This document shows, in pieces, positions 27,688-36,517 of a DNA stretch of 36,924 nt. Under the pieces are notes generated by a model. It was not told where the DNA came from, made no database searches, and saw nothing but the letters and a program-made list of their open reading frames with translations. A program made the translations under genes and the position numbers. The stretch comes from Candidatus Freyarchaeota archaeon (GTDB lineage Archaea > Asgardarchaeota > Jordiarchaeia > Jordiarchaeales > Jordiarchaeaceae): positions 1 to 36,924 of the forward strand of contig JAUQZE020000289.1 in NCBI GenBank assembly GCA_030587365.2, written 5' to 3'. Positions within the stretch are counted from its first letter, which is position 1. Each line of letters opens with the position of its first letter.

Positions 27688-28059
27688 TTAATCTATGTAT
27701 GCCGTGGATTTTTTCGGCGTGTATGAATGAATTATTGAGTTCCTTTTATAATCTTCTGCTATTGTTTTGGTGCCTTCCCAAATATCGAATAAATTCTTGA
27801 TTGCTTGCGCTTTTATGTTTTCTATTCTGAATCTAAATATCCTTATTCTTCCAAATATCTTCTCTTGAACCAGCCCTGCTTTTTCTAGAAAGTCTAGGTG
27901 TTGATTGGTGGTAGAATAGTTGAGATTTGCGCGTTTTGCTATTTCTGATATGTTTAGTTCTCCCTCGCGGGCAAGGACTTTGACTATTTTTATGCGACCT
28001 TTTGAAGAAAAAATTTGTTCTAGAGAATTTTCCTCGGTGGTTTCGATTTCTCTTTTCAT
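27688..28059 (-). CDS. ArsR/SmtB-like winged-helix regulator, translationally coupled to the upstream orc1/cdc6
   Basis: HTH segment RIKIVKVLAREGELNISEIAKRANLNYSTTNQHLDFLEKAGLV. Its ATG (28057-28059) overlaps the TGA stop of the preceding gene (28056-28058). Confidence 0.75.
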   Translation of the reverse strand: MKREIETTEENSLEQIFSSKGRIKIVKVLAREGELNISEIAKRANLNYSTTNQHLDFLEKAGLVQEKIFGRIRIFRFRIENIKAQAIKNLFDIWEGTKTIAEDYKRNSIIHSYTPKKSTAYID

Positions 28060-29264
28060 CTAACTCCCTCTAATAAATTCAATATCTCTTGTTCTAAAAT
28101 TGAAGTGGGAATATCTGGCAAGCTTATGAGTGTTGTTTTGCCCTTCATTCCATTCCCAGAGATTTCTGTAGCAATAATTCCCTGCTTTTCTAATTCCTTG
28201 AGGAATCCCCAGAACTGAGTATGTCTTCTAGGTCTAATATTATATTCTTCGCATACAATTTTGTATACTTTCTCTGTTTCACTTGTTGTTACATATGCCC
28301 TCTCTCTGGTAAGCGTTCTTGAAATTGCTAATAATAACGCTTTGTGTTGAAAGGGCAAATCTCGTAGAACATCTTTTCGAATAACAGGGTAAATCTCTGA
28401 TTTGGCTTCTCTTATATGCTCAGGCAAAATACGTGTTATGCCTTGCGCATCAGCAATTTTTCCCGCGCGCCATAAAATCTCTAAAGCATATCTAGCGTCT
28501 CCCTGCTTCGCCGCTATATCCGCAATAAATTTTATTTCTTCATCAGTTATGGTACCTACATGAAATGCTTCTTTGACACGTTCACTCAGAATGGTTTCAA
28601 GCTGATCTGCGGTGTATTCCCTTAGGCGAATAATATTTTTTTGTAGACTGCTGATGATACTTAAATCCAGACTCCTAAATAGTTCTTCGCTTCTCATTAT
28701 TCCTATAAGTGAGAGACGCTGAACCGCATTCAGTTGCTCGTCAAAAAGTCTAACTAGGGAGTATAAAAGCTCCTCTCCCTCTCTTCTCAATAAAAAGTCT
28801 AACTCATCAAGGGTGAGAATGACATTTGCATCTTTTTCTTCTAAATTTTCCTTCATAATTTGAAGCAGTTCTTCTGTGGAAAATCCTCGTCTAGGTATGT
28901 TTGGATTGAATGTTTTGACTATTTTGTTGAGAATGGTGAAACTGGTTCTCTCACGTCTACAGTTTATGTGAATGTAATGAATATTAATCCCCCTTCTGTT
29001 TGCTATAGCCACAATTTGGCTTCCAAAATTTTTAGCTAAAGCAGTTTTCCCAGTACCTATATTTCCGGTAATAATAACCTTTTGACTATTTCCCGGCCTC
29101 TCTAAGACCACTTTGAAAATGAGGGCAAGTTGTTTTAACTCGTTCTCTCTATGTGGAAGGTGCTCTGGGACGTAATCAATAGATAGTTTAGATTCATCCT
29201 TAAATATCGATGATGGGCGGCTTAACTCATCTTCCACTATATTAGACACCGCTTGTCCTTCCAT
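28056..29264 (-). CDS. cdc6: Orc1/Cdc6 replication initiator paralog 1
   Basis: N-terminal FKDESKLSIDYVPEHLPHRENEL, Walker A GNIGTGKTA, Walker B LTLDELD, and a C-terminal winged helix. Confidence 0.9.
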   Translation of the reverse strand: MEGQAVSNIVEDELSRPSSIFKDESKLSIDYVPEHLPHRENELKQLALIFKVVLERPGNSQKVIITGNIGTGKTALAKNFGSQIVAIANRRGINIHYIHINCRRERTSFTILNKIVKTFNPNIPRRGFSTEELLQIMKENLEEKDANVILTLDELDFLLRREGEELLYSLVRLFDEQLNAVQRLSLIGIMRSEELFRSLDLSIISSLQKNIIRLREYTADQLETILSERVKEAFHVGTITDEEIKFIADIAAKQGDARYALEILWRAGKIADAQGITRILPEHIREAKSEIYPVIRKDVLRDLPFQHKALLLAISRTLTRERAYVTTSETEKVYKIVCEEYNIRPRRHTQFWGFLKELEKQGIIATEISGNGMKGKTTLISLPDIPTSILEQEILNLLEGVR

Positions 29265-29437
29265 TGCAGAATGTTTTTTATTATTCTTATTACAAAAATA
29301 ATCTTAATCGTATAAAACATCCTATGTATGTGTCATTTCCAATATTTCCCCTGTCACATTGTTTTAGAAGATTCTAATTAAAAGCAAAGTTATTTTGTGA
29401 AAAATCTTTATTTTTCGTTACTTGTTTACAGTTAACT
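29265..29437. other. AT-rich divergent intergenic region between the two orc1/cdc6 genes; candidate replication origin and/or shared promoter region
   Basis: 173 bp, very AT-rich. It contains the tandem ATTTCC-AAT-ATTTCC(CC), which reads GGGGAAATATTGGAAATGAC on the other strand and so resembles the GGAAAT core of archaeal ORB elements. Position is next to the initiator genes. Confidence 0.35.
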
Positions 29438-30598
29438 ATGATTAGATCCTCTGTGTTCAAAGACGAAAGTACACTGTTCCCCGAGTATGTACCTCCCCTA
29501 CTTCCCCACAGGGAGAAACAGTTGGAACAGTTAATGCGTATTTATCGTCCACTGTTTTCAGATAAACTGGTAAGCATAAATAGCGCCTTGGTAGGGCAAG
29601 CGGGTCTCGGAAAGACAGCCACTTCGAAATTATTTGGACAAAAGATAGAGGAGATGGCTAAACAGTCTGGTTCAAAAATAATTTTTGAATACATGTATTG
29701 CAGTACTGTACGCACCTTACCTGCTGTTCTAAGACAGATAATTATGAAAAATTGGAAGAAAGTGCCAGTTATGGGAATAACTGGAAATGAACTAATAATT
29801 GAATTAAATGACAGACTCAAGAGGGAAAATACTCGCCTTATAATTGCTTTAGATGATGCTAAACTCTTAGGCGGAGAGGCTATACACGGCTTAATTCGTA
29901 GCGCGGAATATTTTGGATATGGAAATGCGTTGGTAAGCACTTTGATTATCAGTAGACCCGAGGATTGGGTAGCACACCTATACCCCCACCTAATAGAGGA
30001 TGTTCACTCTGTAATAGAATTTTTACGATACACAGAACAAGAACTACAGGAGATACTTGCCTACAGGGCATCTCTAAGTTTCTATGAGGGCGTACTTTCT
30101 CGAGAAAATTGTAATATGGTTGCAAAGATAGCAAGCGAAACTGGAAATGCTCGCCATGGAATAGAAATTTTGCGTCATGCAGGATACTTAGCTGAAAACA
30201 GTGAAGACAAAAAAATAACCCCCGAGATGATACGGATTGCGAAAAATGAAGTCTATCCCGAAACTTCTCCGGAAATACTACGAGGTTTACATAGACATGA
30301 ACTAATCGCAGCATTGTCAACAGCCACCGCCCTAAAATACGAAGTTGCAGTACCAATTCACAAGGCATACGAACAGTACCGCATCGTTTGTGAGGAATAC
30401 CAAACTTCCCCAAGATCCACAAGAAATTTCAGAAACTACATCAGAGTTCTTGCAGATATAGGATTATTTAATGCGGTAGTTAAAAATCTCAAACGGGGTA
30501 GAAGAACCGTCATAACATTAACAGATATCCCTGCATCCATTTTAGAAGAGAGAGCCAGAAAACTACTAGAACAGGGAGGTAAAGATAACTACGATTGA
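29438..30598 (+). CDS. cdc6: Orc1/Cdc6 replication initiator paralog 2 (divergent)
   Basis: N-terminal FKDESTLFPEYVPPLLPHREKQL, Walker A GQAGLGKTA, Walker B IIALDDAK (DD rather than DE), and a C-terminal winged helix. Confidence 0.85.
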   Translation: MIRSSVFKDESTLFPEYVPPLLPHREKQLEQLMRIYRPLFSDKLVSINSALVGQAGLGKTATSKLFGQKIEEMAKQSGSKIIFEYMYCSTVRTLPAVLRQIIMKNWKKVPVMGITGNELIIELNDRLKRENTRLIIALDDAKLLGGEAIHGLIRSAEYFGYGNALVSTLIISRPEDWVAHLYPHLIEDVHSVIEFLRYTEQELQEILAYRASLSFYEGVLSRENCNMVAKIASETGNARHGIEILRHAGYLAENSEDKKITPEMIRIAKNEVYPETSPEILRGLHRHELIAALSTATALKYEVAVPIHKAYEQYRIVCEEYQTSPRSTRNFRNYIRVLADIGLFNAVVKNLKRGRRTVITLTDIPASILEERARKLLEQGGKDNYD

Positions 30599-30887
30599 AT
30601 AATAAATTGCAACCATTATTCAAACATGCCAAGTTTTCCAGATTTTGCAAACTTGTTTGGAATAATTATGTGCCCCTTAATTATTAAAACGATGTTATTA
30701 AGGCTTGCTAAAAAACAGAAGACGTGATTATAAGGTGTCTTTGCAACTCTACTAAAAATACCCAAATCCATCAAAGAGGGATTTATACGTGTTTACAACG
30801 TTCATCAAAATCGGGAATGATTCAAAAATAGTGATATTATCGTAATCGTTGGCCATGAGTTCCTCGATATGTATAGAATTATAGATT

Positions 30888-32015
30888 ATGAAGGGAATAG
30901 TTTTGAAGGTATATAGAGACAAGCTGCATAAGGGAGAAATGAAGTTAATACCTGAAACGCTCACCGATCTTTGGCATTTATATAATATTATAGAAAAAGG
31001 CGACACTGTTTATGCGAAAACATTCAGGCGAATAAGAAGTTCCAATGAACCTCTAAGAGCGGATAAGGGCGAAAAGACTCCTGTATACTTGGGTATTACC
31101 GTAGAGGACGCCGCACTTCATAAGTATTCTAATAGGTTAAGGGTGAGAGGAATTATTTCTAGTGCACCAGAAAATGTTTCCAGAGGTTCGTATCATACAA
31201 TAAATGTAGAAACCGGAACACCCATTAAAATAATAAAAAGTAAATGGCCAAAATATATTCTGGACCGAATAGGCGAAGCTGAAAAACTTAGAGAAGAAAC
31301 AAAAATAATTGTAATTTCAATGGAGGAAGGCGAAGCAAGTATAGCGGTAATTGATAGTTATAGCGTAGACATCATTAGTAATATTAGCATGAATATACCA
31401 GGAAAAAGGTTTGCAAGTCAACATGATGAAGCAATTAGGGCTTTTTTTAGTGAAGTCTATAAAGCTCTTAATCAATTTATTACATCCCAAAAGTTTAAGA
31501 TTGGTCAAGACATAAATAAAATTGTAATAGTAGGACCCGGTTTTACAAAAGATAATTTTCTAAATTATTTAATTAGTAAACAACCAGTGCTAAAGGATAA
31601 TTTAGTACTTGAGAGTTCGAGTTATGGAGGTATAAATGGAGTTTACGAGGCTATCAACAGGGGGATAGTTGCAAAAATCTTGGAAGAGAGCAAGGTTGTA
31701 AAAGACTCACAGCTCCTAGAAGAATTTTTCATACATTTATCTAAAGATGATAAACGGGTTGCGTATGGAAATGAGGCGGTTCAAAAGGCGGTGTTACATG
31801 GAGCCGTAGATAAACTACTTATCACCGACGAAAAGTTAAGAACCGCTGATATTGAGGAAAGAGAAAAGTATGATGATCTTTTACGTCAATCAGAGCACAT
31901 GGGTGGGAAAACCCATATAATAAGTACGTTACACAGGGCTGGAGAGCGGCTCCGAGCATTTGGGGGAATTGCCGCAATTTTGAGATTTCCTCTTGCTGAA
32001 CATCTAGCTGAATAA
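30888..32015 (+). CDS. pelA: Pelota (Dom34 homolog, ribosome rescue factor)
   Basis: N-terminal LIPETLTDLWHLYNII.KGD, central and eRF1-like C-terminal domains, ending GGIAAILRF. Confidence 0.9.
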   Translation: MKGIVLKVYRDKLHKGEMKLIPETLTDLWHLYNIIEKGDTVYAKTFRRIRSSNEPLRADKGEKTPVYLGITVEDAALHKYSNRLRVRGIISSAPENVSRGSYHTINVETGTPIKIIKSKWPKYILDRIGEAEKLREETKIIVISMEEGEASIAVIDSYSVDIISNISMNIPGKRFASQHDEAIRAFFSEVYKALNQFITSQKFKIGQDINKIVIVGPGFTKDNFLNYLISKQPVLKDNLVLESSSYGGINGVYEAINRGIVAKILEESKVVKDSQLLEEFFIHLSKDDKRVAYGNEAVQKAVLHGAVDKLLITDEKLRTADIEEREKYDDLLRQSEHMGGKTHIISTLHRAGERLRAFGGIAAILRFPLAEHLAE

Positions 32016-32059
32016 CTATTTAGAAATAGCTTTTATGTAAATTGCTGAGTGTATACTAG

Positions 32060-33148
32060 TTAAAGAGGTGTATATTCGGTTTCTAGTCTAGGTTGCTCTG
32101 TTGGGTACTCCTCTAAAATGCCGACTTTAAATCCTTTCCTTTTGGCTTCTTCCGCAATCTTTTTTACCACACTAACAGATGTTTCAATTCTAAATTTTTC
32201 TTTATTTAAATATATTAACTGGTCAGAAATTTTGTACTTCCTGAAAATCGAATAAATCGGATTTAGGTCTTTATTCGACTCATCAAAAGTGATTACCCCT
32301 TTTAATAAAAGACCTTCTCTCGTAACTTTTTCATAAGGTTTGGCAACATTTTTGGCTCGTCTTAATAATCTATTCTTAAGTTGTACTCCTCCCTTCAACC
32401 TCGATGGGCAGTAATGGATGTTTAAATCAGTATTGCTTAAAGCCCATTCGAGTAAATCCATAGCCGTATTTTCGCTTCCTTCTACAGCTACCATACTATT
32501 TTTATCAAGTCTATAACCACGCTTTTTTAATTGATAAGCATTCGTTTCACTAAATTCCAACTCATTAATATTTAGAAAATTAACCTCGTACCTTTCAAGT
32601 GATTTAATTAATCTCTTGGTAGGTTCTATTCTCCCAGGTATAGCAGGTATTTCAACACCAATACTCAAAGAACTATCTACAGAAGCTAAAACTTTACTTT
32701 CTTTTTCTGTTGAAATATGAAAGCGTATTTCGTCTAGCCCCGCATCAGCTAATTTTTCTATGTCCTCTCTGAAGATTCGTCTCTTACCTGTATAAAGGTG
32801 GATATGATGCTTTTCTCCAAAATAATTTTTTAAAAGGTTAATATAATGGATAGTTCGTTCTAAAACAAGGAGAGGCTCGCCACCTGTGATTCCTGTTCCC
32901 TCCGCACTACAAAGGGTAGCTTCACTAATTACATCATTATCATCTAGGATTAATCTTTCATTAGCAAAAGTAACATCCCTCCCTTTTCGTTCATATGAAA
33001 TAGGGCAGTACCACGAGCAGCTTGGGGGGTGCTCACATAAACCAGTCACAAACAAAACCAATTTGGTGCCACGAATGCAGAGTTGGCAACCTTCAGATAG
33101 TTCACCAATAAAAATTGACCCAACCCTCGTCTTAGAAATTTTACGCAA
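32060..33148 (-). CDS. Radical-SAM-like Fe-S protein (pyruvate formate-lyase-activase-related family) with non-canonical Cys spacing
   Basis: Cys cluster GLCEHPPSCSWYCP (C-x5-C-x3-C) preceded by CQLC. A SAM-binding-type motif GITGGEPLL follows. Confidence 0.7.
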   Translation of the reverse strand: MRKISKTRVGSIFIGELSEGCQLCIRGTKLVLFVTGLCEHPPSCSWYCPISYERKGRDVTFANERLILDDNDVISEATLCSAEGTGITGGEPLLVLERTIHYINLLKNYFGEKHHIHLYTGKRRIFREDIEKLADAGLDEIRFHISTEKESKVLASVDSSLSIGVEIPAIPGRIEPTKRLIKSLERYEVNFLNINELEFSETNAYQLKKRGYRLDKNSMVAVEGSENTAMDLLEWALSNTDLNIHYCPSRLKGGVQLKNRLLRRAKNVAKPYEKVTREGLLLKGVITFDESNKDLNPIYSIFRKYKISDQLIYLNKEKFRIETSVSVVKKIAEEAKRKGFKVGILEEYPTEQPRLETEYTPL

Positions 33149-33158
33149 AGTATCACCT

Positions 33159-33872
33159 TCATCTTTTTATTTGTACACGTTTACGTACAATAGGGTCTTT
33201 ATCAGATATTCTTTTTATTACTTGCTCAAAGCTCTCATTTTTCTCCAAAACCCTCTTAAGATAAACACCAGTTCGCCCAACATCGTCGCGTTTAGTAAGC
33301 ACTCTTACTCTCTGATTAACTATATCTAAACTAACCCCCAAACTTTTAGCTACAGTCGCCTCCCTCCCAATCACCGGACTTTCTATATGCCCATACTTGG
33401 TCGGCTCTATAAACATCAGCCTTTTATCAACACCAGGTACTCTTTTATCCTCTTTTAACTCATCTAAGTCTAAAGCGCCACCAAAATAATAAAATTCTTT
33501 TTCTAAGCGTCTAAGATCTACTAAAGGAAAAGACACACTTACTTTATCCTCAAGGTAAATGTAAGCTTTAGGGGCATATTGGGGAGTAGCTTGAACAATC
33601 TCCCTTGAGAAAAAATCCTCCTTAATATTCTCAAGAGCGTGCTCAACTAGAAAAGATGAAACTACGTGAGGGATAAAAACATCCACATCACTTGTCTCTT
33701 TTACATCCCCCCTAGCAATACTGCCATGAATAATTGTTTGAATCCCGTACCTAAATAGTATTTCCATAATATGAATAGCTTTCTTTCTCAATTCTCTCAA
33801 AAGCATCCATCTACCAGCATCGTACCTTACCTCAATCTTATCTCCAATTCTCACTGGTTTCTCAGCCATCAT
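33159..33872 (-). CDS. Pol-beta-superfamily nucleotidyltransferase domain protein
   Basis: Signature HGSIARGDVKETSDVDVFI (GS...D.D) plus a ~150-aa C-terminal extension. It lies 10 nt upstream of the radical-SAM gene. Confidence 0.7.
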   Translation of the reverse strand: MMAEKPVRIGDKIEVRYDAGRWMLLRELRKKAIHIMEILFRYGIQTIIHGSIARGDVKETSDVDVFIPHVVSSFLVEHALENIKEDFFSREIVQATPQYAPKAYIYLEDKVSVSFPLVDLRRLEKEFYYFGGALDLDELKEDKRVPGVDKRLMFIEPTKYGHIESPVIGREATVAKSLGVSLDIVNQRVRVLTKRDDVGRTGVYLKRVLEKNESFEQVIKRISDKDPIVRKRVQIKR

Positions 33873-34130
33873 AAGTCACCGGAACTTAATAGAAGCTCAA
33901 AATAACCCCTCTTATCGCATTCAAAAAAACATTACCCCTTTTATTTCAAAAATTTTAATCACGCAACCCAAAAAAGTAACCATGACATTTCAAGGATAGT
34001 TTTTTAAGCATCACTCTATCTGGTTTATCAGAAAACTACTAGCACATAGTAAGCCTCCCGAAAAAAATTATTGAGAACGCTAAGCTAGCGCCCTAAAAAC
34101 TTTAATTTACCCAAAAGGAAGGAGTAATCT

Positions 34131-35327
34131 TTGCCAGACGCATACTTAATTTTAGGGGCAATTTTTCTATTTTGGATGATACTATTTATTATAGCAAAGT
34201 ACCTGAAATTAGAAAAATACGGTTTCGACATCGCCCCCTTCTTTCTGATGTATAAAACCAAGCGATTTAACAAGTTCATCTCAGAAATTGCACAAAAATC
34301 TCCAAAATTCTGGAAAACTACTGCTACCCTGGGGGTGGCACTAAGTTATGCAGCGCTCGGTTATGGAATCATGGCGTTACTAAGAAACTTAATCAACGTA
34401 TTTGTCCAACCACAAAACGCCTCACCCCTAATACCAATAATTCCCGGAATTACAATAACTGGCAATTCAATAATTTATGTACTAATTGCTATAATTATCA
34501 CATTAGTTACACATGAATTGGCGCACGGAATAGCTGCCATCGCGGAAGGTTTACCCATAAAATCTGCAGGTTTACTATTTTTTATACTAATACCCGGCGG
34601 CTTCGTAGAAATAGATGAAAATTTTTTGAAAAAAGCCCCCTCTCGCTGTAGATTCAGAATATTCAGCGCTGGCTCCGCAGTAAATCTTGTGTCAGCTCTA
34701 TTTGCATTACTACTTTTTAGTAACTTTGCACTAGCTTTGTCTCCCTGGTATGGTCCCCCAATTGGTGTCTTTGTTACTGACGTAGACCCTAACTCTCCCG
34801 CATACTTTAAACTCCCACCCTCCACGGTAATATTTGCAATTAATGGTACTCCTGTTTTCTCCGACGTAAGTCTCACCCTTTACCTTATGAATGTTAAACC
34901 TTTTGAAACTTTAGTGCTGGAAACGAGTATAGGAACAATTACCCTAACTACAAGTATAAATCCTCGAAATCCTACTCGAGGGTATATAGGAATAACTTAT
35001 CCCCGCCCATTCTATTTGCCGTATCCTTCGGTATGGTGGCTTGGAATAAGTTTCCCAGCGCACCTATACTTGACACTTTTCTGGATTTTTATTGTCACCT
35101 TCAGTGTAGCTATGTTCAACATGCTTCCAATATACTCTCTTGATGGGGATAAGATATTTGAAGAAATTATAAGAAACTCTATATCGAGGAAGAAAATGCT
35201 AAAAATTGGAAAAAAATCCTACTCACAAAGAAAAATTCTACTTAATGGTGCACGCATCGCTGCGATTACCCTGCTCGTCGCAAATATAGTTTTGCCTATA
35301 TTAACCATAGGCTTCACTCCCCTTTAG
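34131..35327 (+). CDS. Site-2 protease (M50 family intramembrane metalloprotease) with an internal PDZ-like region, TTG start
   Basis: HELAHGIAA (HExxH), NMLPIYSLDGDKIF (NxxPxxxLDG), and multiple hydrophobic segments. Confidence 0.85.
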   Translation: MPDAYLILGAIFLFWMILFIIAKYLKLEKYGFDIAPFFLMYKTKRFNKFISEIAQKSPKFWKTTATLGVALSYAALGYGIMALLRNLINVFVQPQNASPLIPIIPGITITGNSIIYVLIAIIITLVTHELAHGIAAIAEGLPIKSAGLLFFILIPGGFVEIDENFLKKAPSRCRFRIFSAGSAVNLVSALFALLLFSNFALALSPWYGPPIGVFVTDVDPNSPAYFKLPPSTVIFAINGTPVFSDVSLTLYLMNVKPFETLVLETSIGTITLTTSINPRNPTRGYIGITYPRPFYLPYPSVWWLGISFPAHLYLTLFWIFIVTFSVAMFNMLPIYSLDGDKIFEEIIRNSISRKKMLKIGKKSYSQRKILLNGARIAAITLLVANIVLPILTIGFTPL

Positions 35328-35348
35328 CAATCGGAGGAAATACGCCCA

Positions 35349-36263
35349 TTGACGCAGTGTAAAAAATGCACAAAAAACGCGGTGGTTTTCCTACCCTACT
35401 CAGGAGAAAAACTTTGTCGTAAATGCTTTCTTACCTCCGTTGAGAAGAGAGTTCAAAAAGCAATTTCCCATTATAAAATGTTGGATAGATCAGACCGCAT
35501 AGGAGTTGCTGTATCTGGCGGAAAGGATAGCGTGGTGCTTCTGCACATTTTGAATAAGATTGAAAAGAACTTCCCTGAAAGTAAATTATCAATAATTTAT
35601 GTTGATGAAGGCATATCTCAGTACAGCAACAACAACCTAAAAGTGGTAAAGAAACACTCATTGGACTTGGACATACCTCTCATTCAATCTTCGTATAAGA
35701 AAATTTATGGCAAAACACTAGACGACATTATTAAACGTGCAGAAAAAGAGGAGAACAAAAGATTAGGCGCTTGTTCCTACTGCGGTGTACTCAGAAGAAA
35801 AGCCTTGAACAGAACCGCCCTAGAAGCTAATGTAGACTGCATAGCAACCGCCCACAACCTTGACGACGAAACTCAAACAATATTACTAAACTTTCTTAGA
35901 GGAGACCTAAATAGACTCGCGAGGAACAGCCCAACAAATAAAAGAGTACACCCCAAACTTGTTCCACGCATAAAACCTTTAAGAACAATACCTGAAAAAG
36001 AAACCACCCTATACGCCTTCTACAGAGGCCTAAAACACAATTCAAAACCCTGCCCATACGCACCTGAAGCATACAGGGACGATATCCGCTCCTTCCTCAA
36101 CCAAATAGAAAGAAAAAGGCCAGGCACTAAATATAACATATTACGCCTTTACGACAAAATTAGCCCTCAAATTACCACTAGCCAAAACTCAATACAAGAA
36201 TGCTCAATATGCGGCGAACCCTCCGTAGAAAAAATATGTAAAGCATGCCAACTACTATCATAA
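35349..36263 (+). CDS. ncsA: NcsA/TtuA/Ctu1-type tRNA 2-thiolation PP-loop ATPase, TTG start
   Basis: N-terminal CKKC...CRKC, PP-loop VAVSGGKDS, CSYCGVLRR, AHNLDDE.QT.LLN, and C-terminal CSICG...CKAC. Confidence 0.85.
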   Translation: MTQCKKCTKNAVVFLPYSGEKLCRKCFLTSVEKRVQKAISHYKMLDRSDRIGVAVSGGKDSVVLLHILNKIEKNFPESKLSIIYVDEGISQYSNNNLKVVKKHSLDLDIPLIQSSYKKIYGKTLDDIIKRAEKEENKRLGACSYCGVLRRKALNRTALEANVDCIATAHNLDDETQTILLNFLRGDLNRLARNSPTNKRVHPKLVPRIKPLRTIPEKETTLYAFYRGLKHNSKPCPYAPEAYRDDIRSFLNQIERKRPGTKYNILRLYDKISPQITTSQNSIQECSICGEPSVEKICKACQLLS

Positions 36264-36497
36264 ATAACATTAACTCTCGGCTTTTCTCATCACATAACTA
36301 GAATATAACAAAATAGGGAAACGAGTTCAAGGTTCCCCTAACACACGCTCAAATGCCCAAGGCAAGGTGACCAAGATAAAGAATACTAATTACACCTACT
36401 CAAAAGGGCAAAAAACTAATTATTAGGAAGCCGAAATAGTGCGGGCAAAAATTTGTATGACGCGCGACATGAAAGAGAGGTTTCATGCAGCCTTTTT

Positions 36498-36502
36498 AAA
36501 AA
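36498..36502 (-). terminator. Oligo-T tract downstream of the SRP RNA 3' end
   Basis: Minus strand reads ...UUAUUAGUUUUU about 16-20 nt past the end of the terminal helix. Archaeal RNA polymerase commonly terminates at T runs. Confidence 0.35.
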
Positions 36503-36517
36503 CTAATAAGTATTTTA

